NCBI GenBank assembly: GCA_964106915.2
Contig: OZ066926.1
Source: Podarcis gaigeae
Taxonomy: Eukaryota
Length of the DNA: 64,000 nucleotides
Strand: one strand, 5' to 3'
Shown here: one piece after another, positions 21,920-36,300 of the stretch
Layout of the letters: every line of letters starts with the position of its first letter
Numbering within the stretch: position 1 is the first letter of the stretch
The notes under the pieces: generated by a model
The model's database searches: none
Told to the model about the DNA's origin: nothing
The model's input: the letters and a program-made list of their open reading frames with translations, nothing else
Made by a program: the position numbers and the translations under genes

Positions 21920-23375
21920 CAGAGGTGGATATCAGCAAGAGTGGAGACCAGGGACACCTGGGTTCAAATCCCAACACAGCCATGACTCTTGCATTGTGAC
22001 CTTGGGGCGGTAACTTTCAGCCTCACCTGTCACCTATCTCACAGGGTTGTTTTGTAGATAAAATGGGGGGGGGGGGGAGTCATGGACGCCATCCTGAGAT
22101 CCTCAGAAAAAAAGGTAGGCTTACAAATGCAACTCTTAATAAAATAATCTACCACACTGGGTTGTCGTTGTAAGGCCAATGCTGTGGTAATTGTTAGCAC
22201 TACTGGACTAAGATTTGGGAAGTCGGGATTGTTCAAATGTCTGCTCAGCCATGAGGTTCACTGGGTGACCTTGGCCCAGTCACTGTTTCTCATCCTAGCC
22301 CACCTCACAGGGTTGTTGGGAGAGATAAGTGTGATATATTGAGCCCCTTTGGGGTGGGGTGGGGGAAGGTGGGATATAAATCTAAACAAATAAATAAATA
22401 AAATTTCGAGGGAGGGGCAATGGAGGGAGGAGCATTCCAGTCCTCCTGAGTTCCTTGGGGGGGGGGGGTGGAACAAAATAGCAAAATTTTAGGAAGCAGG
22501 CAACTAGCAGAAACGCAGCAGCAGGTGGAGCCGTCCGTCGCTAAAGATGCAGTTGGAGACGGGGCTTGACCTGTTGAGTTTTTGCCTGTTTAAAAGGACA
22601 GGAGCCCAGCTGGCGGCGTGTGTAAAAGAAAGAAGAGCGAGAGAGATGGTTTTGTTTGCTTTTTTNNNNNNNNNNNNNNNNNNNNNNNNNNNNNNNNNNN
22701 NNNNNNNNNNNNNNNNNNNNNNNNNNNNNNNNNNNNNNNNNNNNNNNNNNNNNNNNNNNNNNNNNNNNNNNNNNNNNNNNNNNNNNNNNNNNNNNNNNNN
22801 NNNNNNNNNNNNNNNNNNNNNNNNNNNNNNNNNNNNNNNNNNNNNNNNNNNNNNNNNNNNNNNNNCAGCAAGGACCACCCCCCTCCGCCCATCCTCCCCG
22901 TCTTCGTCCTCCGCCCCCTGCTCCCCACAGATCGCCACCGTCCCGCCTCCTTGTGCTGGCCAGGAGATCCTCCAGGCTGCCCAGCAGATCTTGCAGTTAG
23001 GGACATCCAGGAGTCCCGGCAGCATCCCTTGCAAGCACCGAGGGCTGGTACTTGGTAGTAGACGCTCCCCCCCCCCCACACTTCTTCAAGGAACCCAGGT
23101 GTCCTAGCGCCCCCGTCCCGCCGCACGCTCCCCTTTTATTAATTAATTAATTAATGCATACAATTTATATCTCGCCTTTTATTCCAAGGAGCTCAAGGTA
23201 GAATACAACCCCCCTCATTTGATCTCTACACAAACAACCCTGCAGATAGGTTTAGGTTGAGAAGCAGTGACTGGCTCAAGGTCCCCCCACCTGGTGAACT
23301 TCATGGCCGAGTGGGGATTTGAGCCGTGGTCTCCCAGGTCCTAGTCTGACACTTTAACCACTACACCTCACTGGC
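21920..23375. repeat. Cluster of decayed Squam3-type SINEs on both sides of the gap
   Basis: Recurrent GGTTCAAATCCC / TGGGTGACCTTGG / CCTCACAGGGTTGTTG motifs (also 20620-20800). Confidence 0.55.
22666..22865. other. Assembly gap (200 N)
   Basis: Run of N. Confidence 1.
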
Positions 23376-26300
23376 TCTCTTCCCTAAGCACCATCTCCCG
23401 CCCACCATTTTTTCTCTTTCTCATGGAACTCGGGAGTTCTTTCCACACAACACCCCTGGGTGTCATCTCACAGTCACTAGTCTTTTCCAAGAAACTCAGG
23501 AGTTCCCAGGAAACACATCTGCTGCTGAGGTTGGACTCCTCCTGGGTGGGGGTGCATAGCTCTCTGGGCCTCCCTGTGTGGTCCAGGGGACTTTCCCTAG
23601 ACCATCCCCACTCCCTTGGTCTCAACCCCTCACTGCCCCTCCAATGCATCCTCCATAGCTGCTTTCGCCTGGCTGCAATGTGTCCTGGAACATTTCACCC
23701 CGCAAAAAAATAATAATGCTGGGCACTGTAGTTTTATCCCTTGCAGAGTTAATTCCCAGCAACCCTTAACACACTACAGTGCCCAGAATTCTTTGCGGGA
23801 GGGGATGTGTGTTGAATGTGCTTTCAAAGTAATAGTGTGTACACAGCCATAATGCATGTTGCTTGCCCAGATGAAGGAGCAGTATGTGGGTGGGTGCATA
23901 GAAACCTCTGACTTTTTAAGGGGGAATCGTCCCTGTTGTAGAAAGCTTGCTCTATCCCATCTTTGTCTTTGGCTCCACCTGGAATGAGAAAATGTCTTGC
24001 TCATGATTTTCCTAGGGAACCCAGGAATTCTGACTTCTCCACATATCCCTTAGCACAAGCATGGGGATTTTAGAAAAAACATTTGCTGGGGATACCAAAT
24101 CAGATTAATCTGAAAGGTTAGAAGTTTGGATGGCTTCCATACACACCATAAGTGACTTCCCTCAAAGAATAATGGCCACTGTGGTTCGTTCACAGTGTTG
24201 GGAATTGTAGCTGGGGGGGGGGGACTATGGTTCCCAGGATTATTTCAGGGTGGGGAGCCATTTGCTTTAAATGTGCTTTAGATGTATGGATGACGTTTTT
24301 GCTGACAGATAATTTGGCAGTGTATGGCCTAACCTTTTAATTATAGCAGTTGTGTGCTCAACACCGGAAAGGCATCTGGAGGCATCTGCATAAGCCATCT
24401 GCACTGCAGTGAGGGGTGTATACTTTGCACATGCACTGAGGCCGTCACTCCCTCCAACAGCAAACTCAGTGTTCCCAGGCAAAGTTAAATGGAGCTGAAA
24501 CAGGGACACAGAGAAATAAGAGTGACAGTTGGAAAAGAGAAGCTGAAAACCAAGCAAGGAGGGAGGTGGGTGAATTGTCTTGCTTGAGACCCTAGCAGCT
24601 TCTGCAGGAAGGCATGGCTGGACAGAAACTCTTGGTGCATGTGTGGATACAGTGAATTTTTTTTGTGGGAGGTCCCACTTTTCTCTTTTTAAAGTTTTTC
24701 CAGAGGGTTCCAGACCTGAGCCCTCATGGTTCTGAAAATAAGCCCATGGTTCTGTTTACAGGACAGGGGGCTTCCTTGCTGGGAACAGAAATAACCATCT
24801 GGTGCAATTCCTCCAGGTAGCCCTAAATGAAAACTGGGCAGGCCTCTGTGTCGCTGCGCAGAGCGATCGAAACAGGGGTCCTCTCATCATCAAGCCCGGC
24901 ACTGCAAAAGACCCAGAGTGACTGAGGTGGGCGCTCGCTGGCTCCCCTTTGCCCTTTCCCTGCGGCTGCTGTCGGGCCACAGAGAGCGTTTCTTCACACA
25001 ACAGGTGTCACCTGTTGCCAGCCGTCAGGGGCCCGCGCTGGATTTCACTGACGCGGCGGATCAGGTTCTGACCAGGGTATTTAAAGTCAGACATGCTCCC
25101 TGTCCTGCCCCCCTGCTTTGGGCCCTGCCCCTTGGCACCACCCTTGGGCCCACCTTCCTCTGGAGCCCAACCAGCTTTGGAGTTGGAGCGAAAGGTCATG
25201 CGTGTGTGCATGTGCACACACACACACACACACCAAGGGGAAAATGTGCAGATGTGTGCCCAAACTTCACTGTGGTTGGTATGTGCATGATGGGATGAGC
25301 ATATGGGGGGGGGGGGTGAATGGATGATCAACACTGACCCCTCCTGGTTTTATATGGAAAAGGACACCCTCATGGGGAATGCAAAAGCACAGGGCTGGGA
25401 AAGTGAGTGAAGCAGACAGAGAGGACAACGGGGTATTGTGGCATGCATGCACCTGTGTGCAAAAGGGAGAAATAAAAAAGTGAGTTTGCTATAATAGATT
25501 TCTACAGGAGGCATAGCCATATGTCTCAGAAAACATTTTGTATGAGCGTACGTTCGAATATCCAAGTGAAAAGGCATGCAGATAACGAAGAGCACACTCT
25601 ACTTTTCTCGTTAAGGATTAACACAAGCCCTGGCCCAGTTCTTTCTTCCTCCCTGTGCATTTTAATGAGAAACCTGGTGATTTACAGCCTTAGGTGCCCT
25701 TCAGGGAAACATAGGTGTATTCTTTCCCTTCTGGTGTCTGTAGCACCACATGAATGACTCCTGCATGTTGGAAATAGCAAGGAAGCAGATTTTGGCTGGA
25801 CATTAGAGCTGTTTATCAGTGGTGTAGGCTGCCTCAGATGGTGGTGGGCTCTTCTTCAGCTGAGGTATTGAAACAGAGACTGGGCGGCTGTTCCTGTGAA
25901 GGCTTCCTTGGTTACATCATTCCTGGAGGATTGTGTATTAAGCAAGGATGATCTCTAAGAACCCTTGCAGCCCTTTCAGGATTTTGTGCATATCACATTC
26001 TGAGCAATACCCTCCAGCCTCCCCAAGGACCAGGCTGTATGTGTGCGCCAGTCTCCCGATTTTGCTGCATTTGGCAGTCGGACAGTACAGGGAAAGAGGC
26101 CTCATGATTCAGAGCTGAAACACCCCATGTATGTCTGCTGAATTGACTGCTCTTTCCCTTGCCCTTCTCTCCATGCCGGCCACTGCCGCGTCTCAGGTGA
26201 ATGGCTCTGGATTCTTACACCTTGGCTGTGATATCCTCGGATCACTCCAAAACCAGACCCTGGTACGATTCCTTTGCTGGGAGCTGCATATGGTGTGGGT

Positions 26301-26774
26301 GGCTGGCTGGGTGGACGGGGTGAGCTCATAGGTCTTTCCCAGGCTCAGATTTCAGAGATTGATTCCAGGAGCAGCCGTGGACCTGACGCCACCGACAAAG
26401 ATAGCACTTGTGGCCTGGGACAATGGGAAAGAGGCACGTCCCAAAGACAGCAAGGCCAGTGTGGAGAAGACACCAAAGAACATCTCTTCTCCCACTCCCT
26501 ACAACCTAGTGTTTCACATGCAGACACGACACACACAAACACAATCAAAACCAGACAAATATACGCCTATGAGAAGTCCTGTAACCAAGAAACTCTCCTC
26601 CTTGCACTCCTAATATTCTCCCGTCCTGCAACACTGTGCAACTCCCCATTTATGCGTGTTCAAGGCACATGACTGTGCATACATCCATTGTCTCCCGAGA
26701 CAGATGGATTTTTTTATAGGAGCTTCCCATCATATCAAAATATCTGTCCAATGTTTTTGTCACAAGTTAATAAT

Positions 26775-26780
26775 TTTATT
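26775..26780 (-). terminator. Probable RASIP1 polyadenylation signal (AATAAA)
   Basis: TTTATT on the + strand about 370 nt past the stop codon. Confidence 0.5.
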
Positions 26781-27147
26781 GCGTTGGAGGAAAAAGCACT
26801 ACATAGCTTTTGCTATAAACAATATATGCTTTTCACAGGGCCGAAAAGTAACAGGGAAGTTTGGGTCAGGGAGAAGCTTTGATCTCTCAGAGAAGTTTCT
26901 GGGCTTCTGGTCCTTGAGATCAGTGTCTGCCGCCAGGTTCCGACAGTGGGTATGAGGCTACAACTGAAAGCCTGAGATGTCACAATGACCTTTGACCTTC
27001 AGGACAACCCTGTATTCAGACAAGCAATAACTGGTTCAGATGATTCCACCCTTCTGAAATCAGTTTGGGGCTTCCGTCTGTCCACTGGCAAGGGTTTCCA
27101 GGGGTTCAGGAGCCATTTGATCATTGTGGTGGTGTGTGCCCTGCTTC

Positions 27148-27347
27148 TCATTGGCTGGGATCCAGCCCGTACACTGCCCTTTGGTTGGCTGGAAGAGATT
27201 CACGCTCCAGCTCCCAGAGGAAACGTCGCAGGCGTGTGAGTTGGCGATGGAGGGTGTCATCTGACACAGGCTCTGAGAGGCGCAAGCGGAAACCGTCACA
27301 TGGAAGGATCAGGGGCGGGTGGTCTGTGAAACTCTCAAATATGTCAC
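27148..27347 (-). CDS. RASIP1: RASIP1 last coding exon
   Basis: DIFESFTDHPPLILP...LHRQLTRLRRFLWELE...stop. Confidence 0.93.
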
Positions 27348-30300
27348 CTGTGGGAAGACAAGGCATTTCTAAAACAACAGGTGTGCTCAAGCTGCTCTTG
27401 AGGCTGCTGCACCCAGAGGATTAGCTGGAAATTTCAGTGCCCTGCGTAGATTTAAAAATGTGAGGCCCACCCTGTCTGTCTCACACCCGTCTCCCCGCTC
27501 CCAGCTGCTCCCTGGGCAACTGCACCAGTAGCTCTATTCTAAATGACGCATGGATCACACCCTCTGGATAAGAGGTAGGGACAGAAATGTCTGCAGTTTG
27601 TGTGACCGTTTGTGGTCAGGTGTGGAAATCAGGCAAGCAAATGCGAGAAGCATTTGTTGTTCTTGTCTTTTTAGACCGCAAATGATACGTAATTAATGAT
27701 GTGCACCCTTCCGGGGGGGGGGGCTTTCTGGTGTTTCCTTTGCACTGAAATGGTATGGAATTGTATATTAATTATGTCATTAAAATTAAGGACATTAAAT
27801 TCGGCCATAGCAGACAGAAGTGAAAAACATAACTTTTTGGCAGAAGGCAAACTGCAGCAAAAACAAAACAGTGCTGATTGTCACAGATACCAGTCAAAAC
27901 AAAAATAGCACTGCCTTCATACATTCCTGGTAAGAGACTATAGGAGAAACTGATAATAATATGAGTTGTGAAATGCTTTCACATTCCAATTTCCACATTT
28001 TGAGGGCAGAGAGAGGGATAGCAGGGGATGAGCGTTTGGTGTAGGATGCGGCAGGTCCCCAACATGGAGTTAATGCAATGATGGGGAAAGCTTCACTTGC
28101 TGAATTTCTGCCTGATGAGGGCACAGAAATCCTGCCAGAGGTGGTGAGAGTTGAACCCTGTGTGGGTCAAAAACAAAGCATCTCCTTGACTTACTATGTG
28201 CAATCTCATCCCTTTCCTTTTCAGGTGGGCTCCAGCATTCGGGAGACACTCGCCCAGGTCCCAGCTGGTAATTTGTGAGCACGTGCTGGAGCTGAGCCGG
28301 GGTCAGTGCCGGATAGTCATTTCTCAGCCGAGACCAGGATGTCTGTGTGCAGCAGGGAAAAGAGAGGTTAGCAATAAACCCTGGAAGAAAAAGACCCACG
28401 AAACACCCATTTTTCCTTAGTGGCTGCCATGACTGGCTAGCTCTTTCTCTATGCCAACTGCAGCATTTACCTTAATAGGGGCAGAAACTAGACTTGATAA
28501 ATCATGTGATAATTGACATATTAAAAGAATAACATTTCCTTATGAATGAAAAAATAGCCCTGGAAGAAGAAACAAACTTCCTTTGTATAGCCTTGCTGCA
28601 TAGCAGGCGCCATCTTAGGAGAAGCATGCCTTTCTATGTGTGGGAGGGGAAGGAGCAGGATTTTTTTTCAGCCGAAACTTCCCAGAACTCAGTTCTGCAC
28701 CTCTCAGGTGGGCACCATAGCCATTCTAGGAGAAAGAGGGAGGTGTTCATGGTGAGTTCTGGCACCTTTTTTCCCTAGAAAAACAGCACTGGGCAGGAGG
28801 ATGCCTCTTCTAAGATGGTAGCTGCCACCTGCAGTTTTGACAAGCACATACATTTTTAAAGAAAAATTAAGATGTTGGCTGCTTAACGAGAAAAGCCTTC
28901 CCTTTCTCAGTCAAGAGGTTTTAATTAAATTGATCTAAGCAGTTTATTGGCAAAACACTTTCCAAGTGTTAGCAGGAAGATACAGAAAGGCCACTTCATT
29001 GACACCATACCTAGCTATAAGGCACAACCATTCACCCTATAGCTTTTACCCCGTGACAGTGATAAACCAACTCAATCCCAGACACTCAAGCAGATACAGG
29101 GTAGGAAGGTGCTTACAGAGCCAATGAATCCAGATCGGCTCATACAAACATGAATACTATTCTGCAACAAGATATGTGGGATTCTGCAACTTGAATATTT
29201 TATGCAAATTAGTATATTTGCATGTTGTTAAAGGTGGGTTTTTTACATGAAGTCTTTGACCTCTGTCAGATATAAGGAGGCATCAGCAGCAGGGCTGGCA
29301 ACATAGCCAACACATTTGTACAAATGTCATGCTTCTGAGATGCCTGCATCTGTTTCCATAGGGACTAGAAAAAAATTTTAAAGGGAAACTGAGAACCTCA
29401 AGGTACTGTTTTCTGAGCCCAACAGGAAAACCTGCAGTGGTGTGGACTTGCAGAAACCTGCACCTGTGTCAATTAAATCAGGCTTCCTTATTCCTACACA
29501 AAGCAAGGAGGGTGGGTGCTTCAAAATGTTGTTCATTTTTAATAGTCTCTCCAGCACACTCTCATCTTAAAGAAACAGGCCATAAAAGAAGAAAGGGGGA
29601 GAAATGAAGCTTCCCTCCTCTGTGCCTTCAGCCACCTGTTCCCAGATAAAAACGGTGACACCTAGTATTTGTGGTATGTGTGTGTGTGATTCTGATGCCC
29701 AAGAGTTGAGCCGCTGCCACCCTAACCCTCAAGCCCCAAGAAGGGGGAACAATCACCTGAAGCAAGCTGGTTTTGGGCACACACAGTAAGTTGGCCGTGG
29801 TGCTGAGTTTGCGGAAGAATTCAGTTGCAATGTCCCCCAGGCCCACCCCTTGTAGCCAGTCCAGCACCAGGTCCAGGTTGGTTCGGATCTGCACCGCCTT
29901 GGCCCACTGGAATAAGGACTGGTGGGAACTGCCTGGAAAAAGGGGGAAAGCATGTTAAGAACATAGAGCCCGAGTGATCTTCCACCTTCCTCGGCAAACC
30001 GTCTTGGGATCCCCCCTGCCCACCCCCCTCTGTTCTGAATGAGGGAGCCACCGCCCCAAGCCAGCCTGCTTATTTCCTGTCCTGCTTGGGGGCAGCCCTG
30101 AACTCTGGGACAGGCAGGAAACAGGCTGTTTCCACCAGAGACCAGGACAGAAAATAGGAGGAAACAGGAGAGGGAGGGGGGAGGGTTGTGAGGGGATTTG
30201 TTCTTCTCACTAGTCAGGGGCAATGAAGAGAGGTTTCAGGCATTCTCCCTGGGCATTTTTGCAATGTGAATAGTGAAACTTCTCCTGTTTGGAATGCTCC

Positions 30301-33300
30301 CTCAAAAAAAGAAAAAGAAAGAAAAGAGCTGTCTCCTACTTCTTTTGCTTTCTCAAAATGGAACTTACATGTGATTTATGCCTCACTGTGAAAACATTCT
30401 CAGTTCTAGAACATATTATAACTCACTGCCTTGATCCCCGCACACCCTCGTGTCTCACTGGATTGTTCTTGCTTCTCAGAAGACCCAGGAGTCCTAGTCT
30501 GTCTCACACTATCAGTATTATTCCATTTGGCTCCTCCACACACTCAAGAATCACTTTCATACAACCTGTTTCACAGTGCATTCATCCTGATCTATGTGCA
30601 GGGAAGCTGTGAGGCTAGGCGGCATTAAGGCACAAGATGAGCCTGCTGGATCAGACCAACAGACCCGTCTAGTCCAGCATCCTTTTCTCACAGTGGCCAA
30701 CCAGATGCCCGTAGTAAACCCACAAGAAGGACCCGTGCAAATGGGAGCGATGGGAGGGCATCCCCTAGCGCCCTGCTCATTCACAAAATGGGCTATTGAG
30801 CCTTTCTTCTAGTTCCCACCCTGAGAAGCCAGGAGCTAATTCTAGGCTCACCTCTCTCCATGAGAGTGTTAAAGAGCGAGGCATTGGAGAAGAAAAAGAG
30901 ATATCCAAAGGTCTGCGAGACAAGGTCAGGGTGCAGGTCACAGTCACGGGTCAACTCCAGCGTGGCCTGGTAGATGGCAAGGGTCCCCTGGATTCCTTCT
31001 GGCATGCTGCTGAGCTCCGGCACGTGGGACAGGTCAGCTGTGGCCGTGAAGGGGTTACTGTCTAGCAAGGCAGGAAGAGCCGAGTAGAGAGTCTGCTGGG
31101 TGAGGAAAGGGATGAGAAACACAGGCTACTACAAAGGGTGGGTGGGAAGAGAAGGGGAGGTGGGGGGGGGCTTTATCGTCAAGAGTTTGCTCACCCACCT
31201 TAGTGAGGTAGTACACAGACTGCTGAAATGTGGACATGATGACTTCGTCCAAGACTGCCATTGCCTCATCACATGTCTCCAGGTCACTGGAGAGCAAAGC
31301 ATTGTGGGAAGCTCCTGCGGAGATGGGGGAAGAGAGTAAGTCTCAGGGTGTAGCTACATCACAGGAAAGCAAACTAGTTGCCCACTCATTTGCTCTCCAA
31401 TGGGAACTGCAGCGCTGTAGTGCATCTTTACTGCAGCTTTCTCAGCATCCTCCTCAAACTGTAATTCCCAGGATTCTCTAGGGGAGGCCTTGGTAAACTG
31501 GCATAATGCCTTATTCATCTGGTAACAGTGTGTAGAGTGTCTTGAGAGTTCTGTGATATGTCCCTCACATAAGGCTCCACCACAAAGCTTATGCAGAGGT
31601 TGGGTTATGTCCTGTCTTTATTGAGCATTTGTTTTGATTGGTTTGTGGGGAGATTTTGTGACAATGAGCATCCATCCTGATTTGTTTGTGGGGTGTTTCC
31701 ACGTGTTCCCAGTGATTATTTGTTCCTCCTGATACTTTTTAATGCATTTCCCTGTCACTTTAATAACTGTGAAAAATTTGTTCAATGTGCATTCCTTGTG
31801 CTAGCACAAGAGTGCTTCAGTCCATCTGAATTGGATTTTCTCTTATGTGCTTGAATCTCTCCTGCAAAATACTGACCATCTGGAGGCACCCACAGAAACC
31901 ATAAGCTCCCTTGCTATTCGAACCCTTCCCCTTTCTGGAAAACCCAAACAGCCCTCAGTCATCAAGTTCTGACCCTCAGGGTCTTCCTTTATCTGTCTCT
32001 TCTTGGTCCTCTATTCTGATGTATGTCCTAGAGAACCCTGGTATCCTGACCAACAGCTACCCTTCCACTCTCCTCTGACCCCAGGGAACGTTCAGGATTC
32101 TTGGCTCACCCTCCAAGTCCAGGTCCTTCTCAATGTCCAGGACTCTTTTCTGCACGAGGCTGAGCAGCTCCATCGCGTTGGCCATCCAGAGCATCAGGGG
32201 GCGCAAGTCGGCAGCCACTTCCTCGATGCTGAGATTTCCCAATTCTCCTTTGTCCTGCTGGCTGCAGGGATCAGACAGCGCAAGGGGGATTAGCGCACTG
32301 CCGAATGACAGGAGGGTGCTCTCACCTGCTGCCCAGAGGCAGCTGACTCTTGGCTGGGGCATTAAAACAACAGCTGGGCTGACTACTTGGAATTCAATCC
32401 ATTCCACAAATTTTCAGAGTTCACACTGAGTTCAGGATTTCTTGACATATGTGAACTTTGCTTCCAAGGGACTTAGGTCTTCATTACTTGTGGATTTGCC
32501 TTCCATATTTGCAATGTTGCTATTGTGCTGGCTATATTATTAAGGAGGACTTACTAATATGTTGTTACCTATGGACCTTTCTGGATGCATTAGAGTTGTT
32601 AATCATTTCAGCAGTGAGTACAAATTGCCTTCCCATAACTGAACTACCGCAATGGAGATGTTGCATTTTCACAGCACTCTTGACTGAACAATATTTTTTG
32701 CATCACAGAAAATGCAGTTTGTCCCCAATTATTGTGTGCTTCTTCCAGTGGAGCATACATGTGCCATTTGTTTGTTTTATTGGTGAAAATAATACTGATA
32801 TTCTCCTTCAGAAAATCTGCCTCTTCCTGCCACCCCATATCAGTTATGCTCCCTCCCCCACCAAGTTATCATGCTATTGATTTTGAAATGGTATTTGCAG
32901 AAAGATCTATCAAACAAAGGCCAAAATTAAAGTTTTTTTCATAGAAGTGGATGGAAGGAGCTGACACATGCAAATATATTGGGAGGTAGTAACTTATACA
33001 AGAGTGGGAAGTGTTATTAAAGCTTCAGAAGGCTGGAAGGAACTAAACCAGAGAAGGAGGAGCCTATGGCCTCCTAGATCAGAGTCCTTCAACCTGGATC
33101 CCTGGATGTTGTCAGGCTATAACTCCAATCATCTTGTCAGCTTAGTTTAGGCAATTGCCACCTTAGCCTTAAGCAATTGTCAGGGATGATAAGAGCTGTA
33201 GTCTAACAACATCTGGGGGCCCAGGGTTGAACAGCACTGTTCTAGATGTTGTTTGGACTCCAAATCCCCAGCTTGCAGGGCCAATCATCAGGACAATGGG

Positions 33301-36300
33301 AGCATATTGTTCAGTTCCATCATCCCTGAACTAAACAATACAAGGATGCCTTCACCTGTAAGATAATTTGTCATGCATCACACAATATTTCTTCAGTTGC
33401 TAGTCACCCAACTGATATTTGTCTCTTTATGTCAAAAGTAACTTATTCGCTAGACCACTACATCAAATAAAGCAGAGCAAACTGAAGCTTAGAAAAGTCT
33501 GAAGTCTGTAGCTCCCTCGGGGACAGACTTTGAAAATGCCCATTGTGCTGTTTGCTGTAGAGGCATAACTCTACCCCTGCACCTTTATGATGAAAGCCCC
33601 AAGTCCCTGGCATCAACCCCAACCCCATTTAATACCAGAATCTGTCCATGAGGACTGCATTCAGACATGGCAACTTCAAGAATTCATCCTAGGAAACAAT
33701 TTAACGGTTTGACAAAAACTAAGATAAACTGCTTAGATTCTAAGTATAGCACCTCCCAAACATCTTGCGAGATGCGGAACAGCACCTTCCGGAAGCCAAA
33801 TATGAGACATACTTTAGCTCTTACTTACTTTTCCGGCTGTCTATCTCCAATCTCTTTTATCTTCTCCTGGGAAGAAGGATATGAAAAAATAAAATGAATT
33901 ATGGAGGTTTGGAACCCAACACAGTGCAGCCTCGAGCCCTTTCCATGCCTGAAAGCCAAAGGGAAAGAAGTCCATGGAAAACAGGTACTGAAGGAACTGA
34001 TGGGGGAAATCTATTTCCTTTCATTACATTTACAACTTCCTCTTGGGAACTCAGTGTTTCCTACATGTTCTCTCATACCAGCTCCAATTCTGCTTAGCTA
34101 GAACTGCTTCAGTTGCCTTCAGGGAGAGCTTAAGGGCTAGAAGGATCCATGTTTTTACCTATAACCATAAGAACCAGCTTCTCGCTGCCACCGCCGTTTC
34201 TTAGTGAAAGCGAAAATGCTCCAAATGCTGGATTCCTTCCATGCCATGCCTGATTATCAACATCTTAATAGCTACATACACAGACCTACATAAAGGGCTT
34301 CAGAATTAGATATGGAGGTGGAGGGAATACAAGGGAAGGATGTCAAAGCGGCGCAAAGGTCATGAACTGAACTGCATGTCACTTACCCAAACAGCCTCCT
34401 TGACCAGCTGAGCGATTCTGGCTATCAACCTGGGAAGGTGTCCTGGCTCCAGCTCCCGGGCGGCGTGTTCCAGGCAGAGCCCAAAGAGGAAGGCAGGGCC
34501 CAACCTGCAGTTTGGCGCCTCCTGCAGCCTCACAATCTCAGCCAAGAGGGCCTCCTGCTCCTGGGGCCGGTAGCGCAGCTGAGGTTCTCGGCTCTTGAGG
34601 TAGGCCCGGAAAGCTTCCTGGCGCTCCTGCAGGGAACGGCCGCAGGCCTGGCACGCCAAGGCCCCCACCAACCCTGGGGACACCCAGGCCTTGGGCAGCC
34701 AGGCCGGTGGCGCAGCTGCAGCTCGCGGGTCCTTGTACATGAAGAGGAAGTGCTGCCCCATTCCCAGCAAGTCTCCGGGAGCCAGCTCCACCTGGCGATG
34801 GAGTGGAGCACCGTTGTGGGTTATCAACGCTCCCCGGAAGGGCCGCACCATGGCCGAGCCCCGGGGCTGGCTGGGGTCTGTGGGGGGCACTGAAGACACG
34901 ACACAGCAGTGGCGCGGGAGGATGTCTGGGGCGCTCAGGAACGTGTCCACATAGTTGGATTGGTCCGGAGCCGGGCAGCGCTCAGGGCGGCCGAAAATGT
35001 GTCGGCGGCGTGTCATCACGTGGATTACAAACTCCTGTTGGTTAAAGAGAGAGAAGGGAATAGAGCAGGAAGAAAAGATCAGCTGCAGCGGTTGGCATTC
35101 CTGCTAGTGGCCCTGAGCTACCCTGTGTTGGGCCAGTGGGGCACTCAGCTGAAGCATTGGCTCTTTAGGTCAGGGGTAGGAAACCTTTTCTGTCCCTTCA
35201 TGGGCAACTTCCTTAGGGGTGGGCCCATACCAGTGGTAGGTGGAGCCAGAGGCAAAAGGGATGGAGCAACAGATGCAGCAGAAACAAATAAAGATGAGGC
35301 TTTGGAGAGGTAAGAGATCCTCTGGGTGCTCAAATAGTCACAGGTCAGCTGTAGTGTGGCTGATGCAACAACTAAAAGTTCCACTGTGGGCTCATTCACA
35401 CTTCCTTTTAAACACAGGTCTGGGATTTCCAGGTCTGTGCCTGAGCAGGTTTTATTTTGCCCCACAGCTTTCCCCTCCCCAGAAAAACCTGCCACTGAAT
35501 CCACAGAAAACCCACTTGCTGTTTGCTCCAATTCAGCGGTAAATTGGGGGGGGGGGTCTCCCGGGAAAACAGTAGAAGTGGGGGAAATGCTTGGACACAG
35601 ACCTTGAAATCCCAGTTCTGTGCCTAGAAACTCAGCACAAAAGGAAGTGTGGATCAGCCCTAAGTCACCACAACAGAGGTTTTTATACTGGTGGTTCAAC
35701 TGTGGATCACTAGGAAGAAGAAGGCTTCACACCCCCACCCACCCCCCACATAAATGTATGGGAAATCTTGCTCCCTTTCTTCTAGGAGGTTGCCTGAACT
35801 AAGCTTGAAGAAATTCAGTGGATCGTCTTAACTTCACTCAGGCTTGGGTTACACCTATTTGCCTTTCCCTGTGGCCTGACACTGAAGTGTCCTGCTTGGG
35901 TCATTCATTCCTGTTTGCTCCACAGGCCTCCAGGTGGACACGTCTGTCAATTTCAATTTATCCCAGTTTCTTTTCTTTCTTTCTTTTTTGCATTCTTAAG
36001 TTCAGCTCTACACATTTCTGCAATAGTTTATGGGTTTTTTTTAAAGCCTTCACAAAAATTGTCAACATTTGAGTGCACGTTTCTCCTTATATGCATAGTT
36101 TCCATACGCAATTTCCCGTGAGATACACAAATTCACCAGAATTTTTGCCAAATATAATGTATTATTTTTTTACTAGTACACACATTTTTAATACTTTCCC
36201 TTTATAGACACATGCTTGGACACATTATTTGGCTAAAGAACTGCATCACAAAATTCAGACAAGTGCAAATTTTGAAGGACAGCTGTGTTTCAGTTTACAT

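Noticed and set aside
22504-23126. Long ORFs containing X runs
   Set aside because: Artefacts of translating through the N gap
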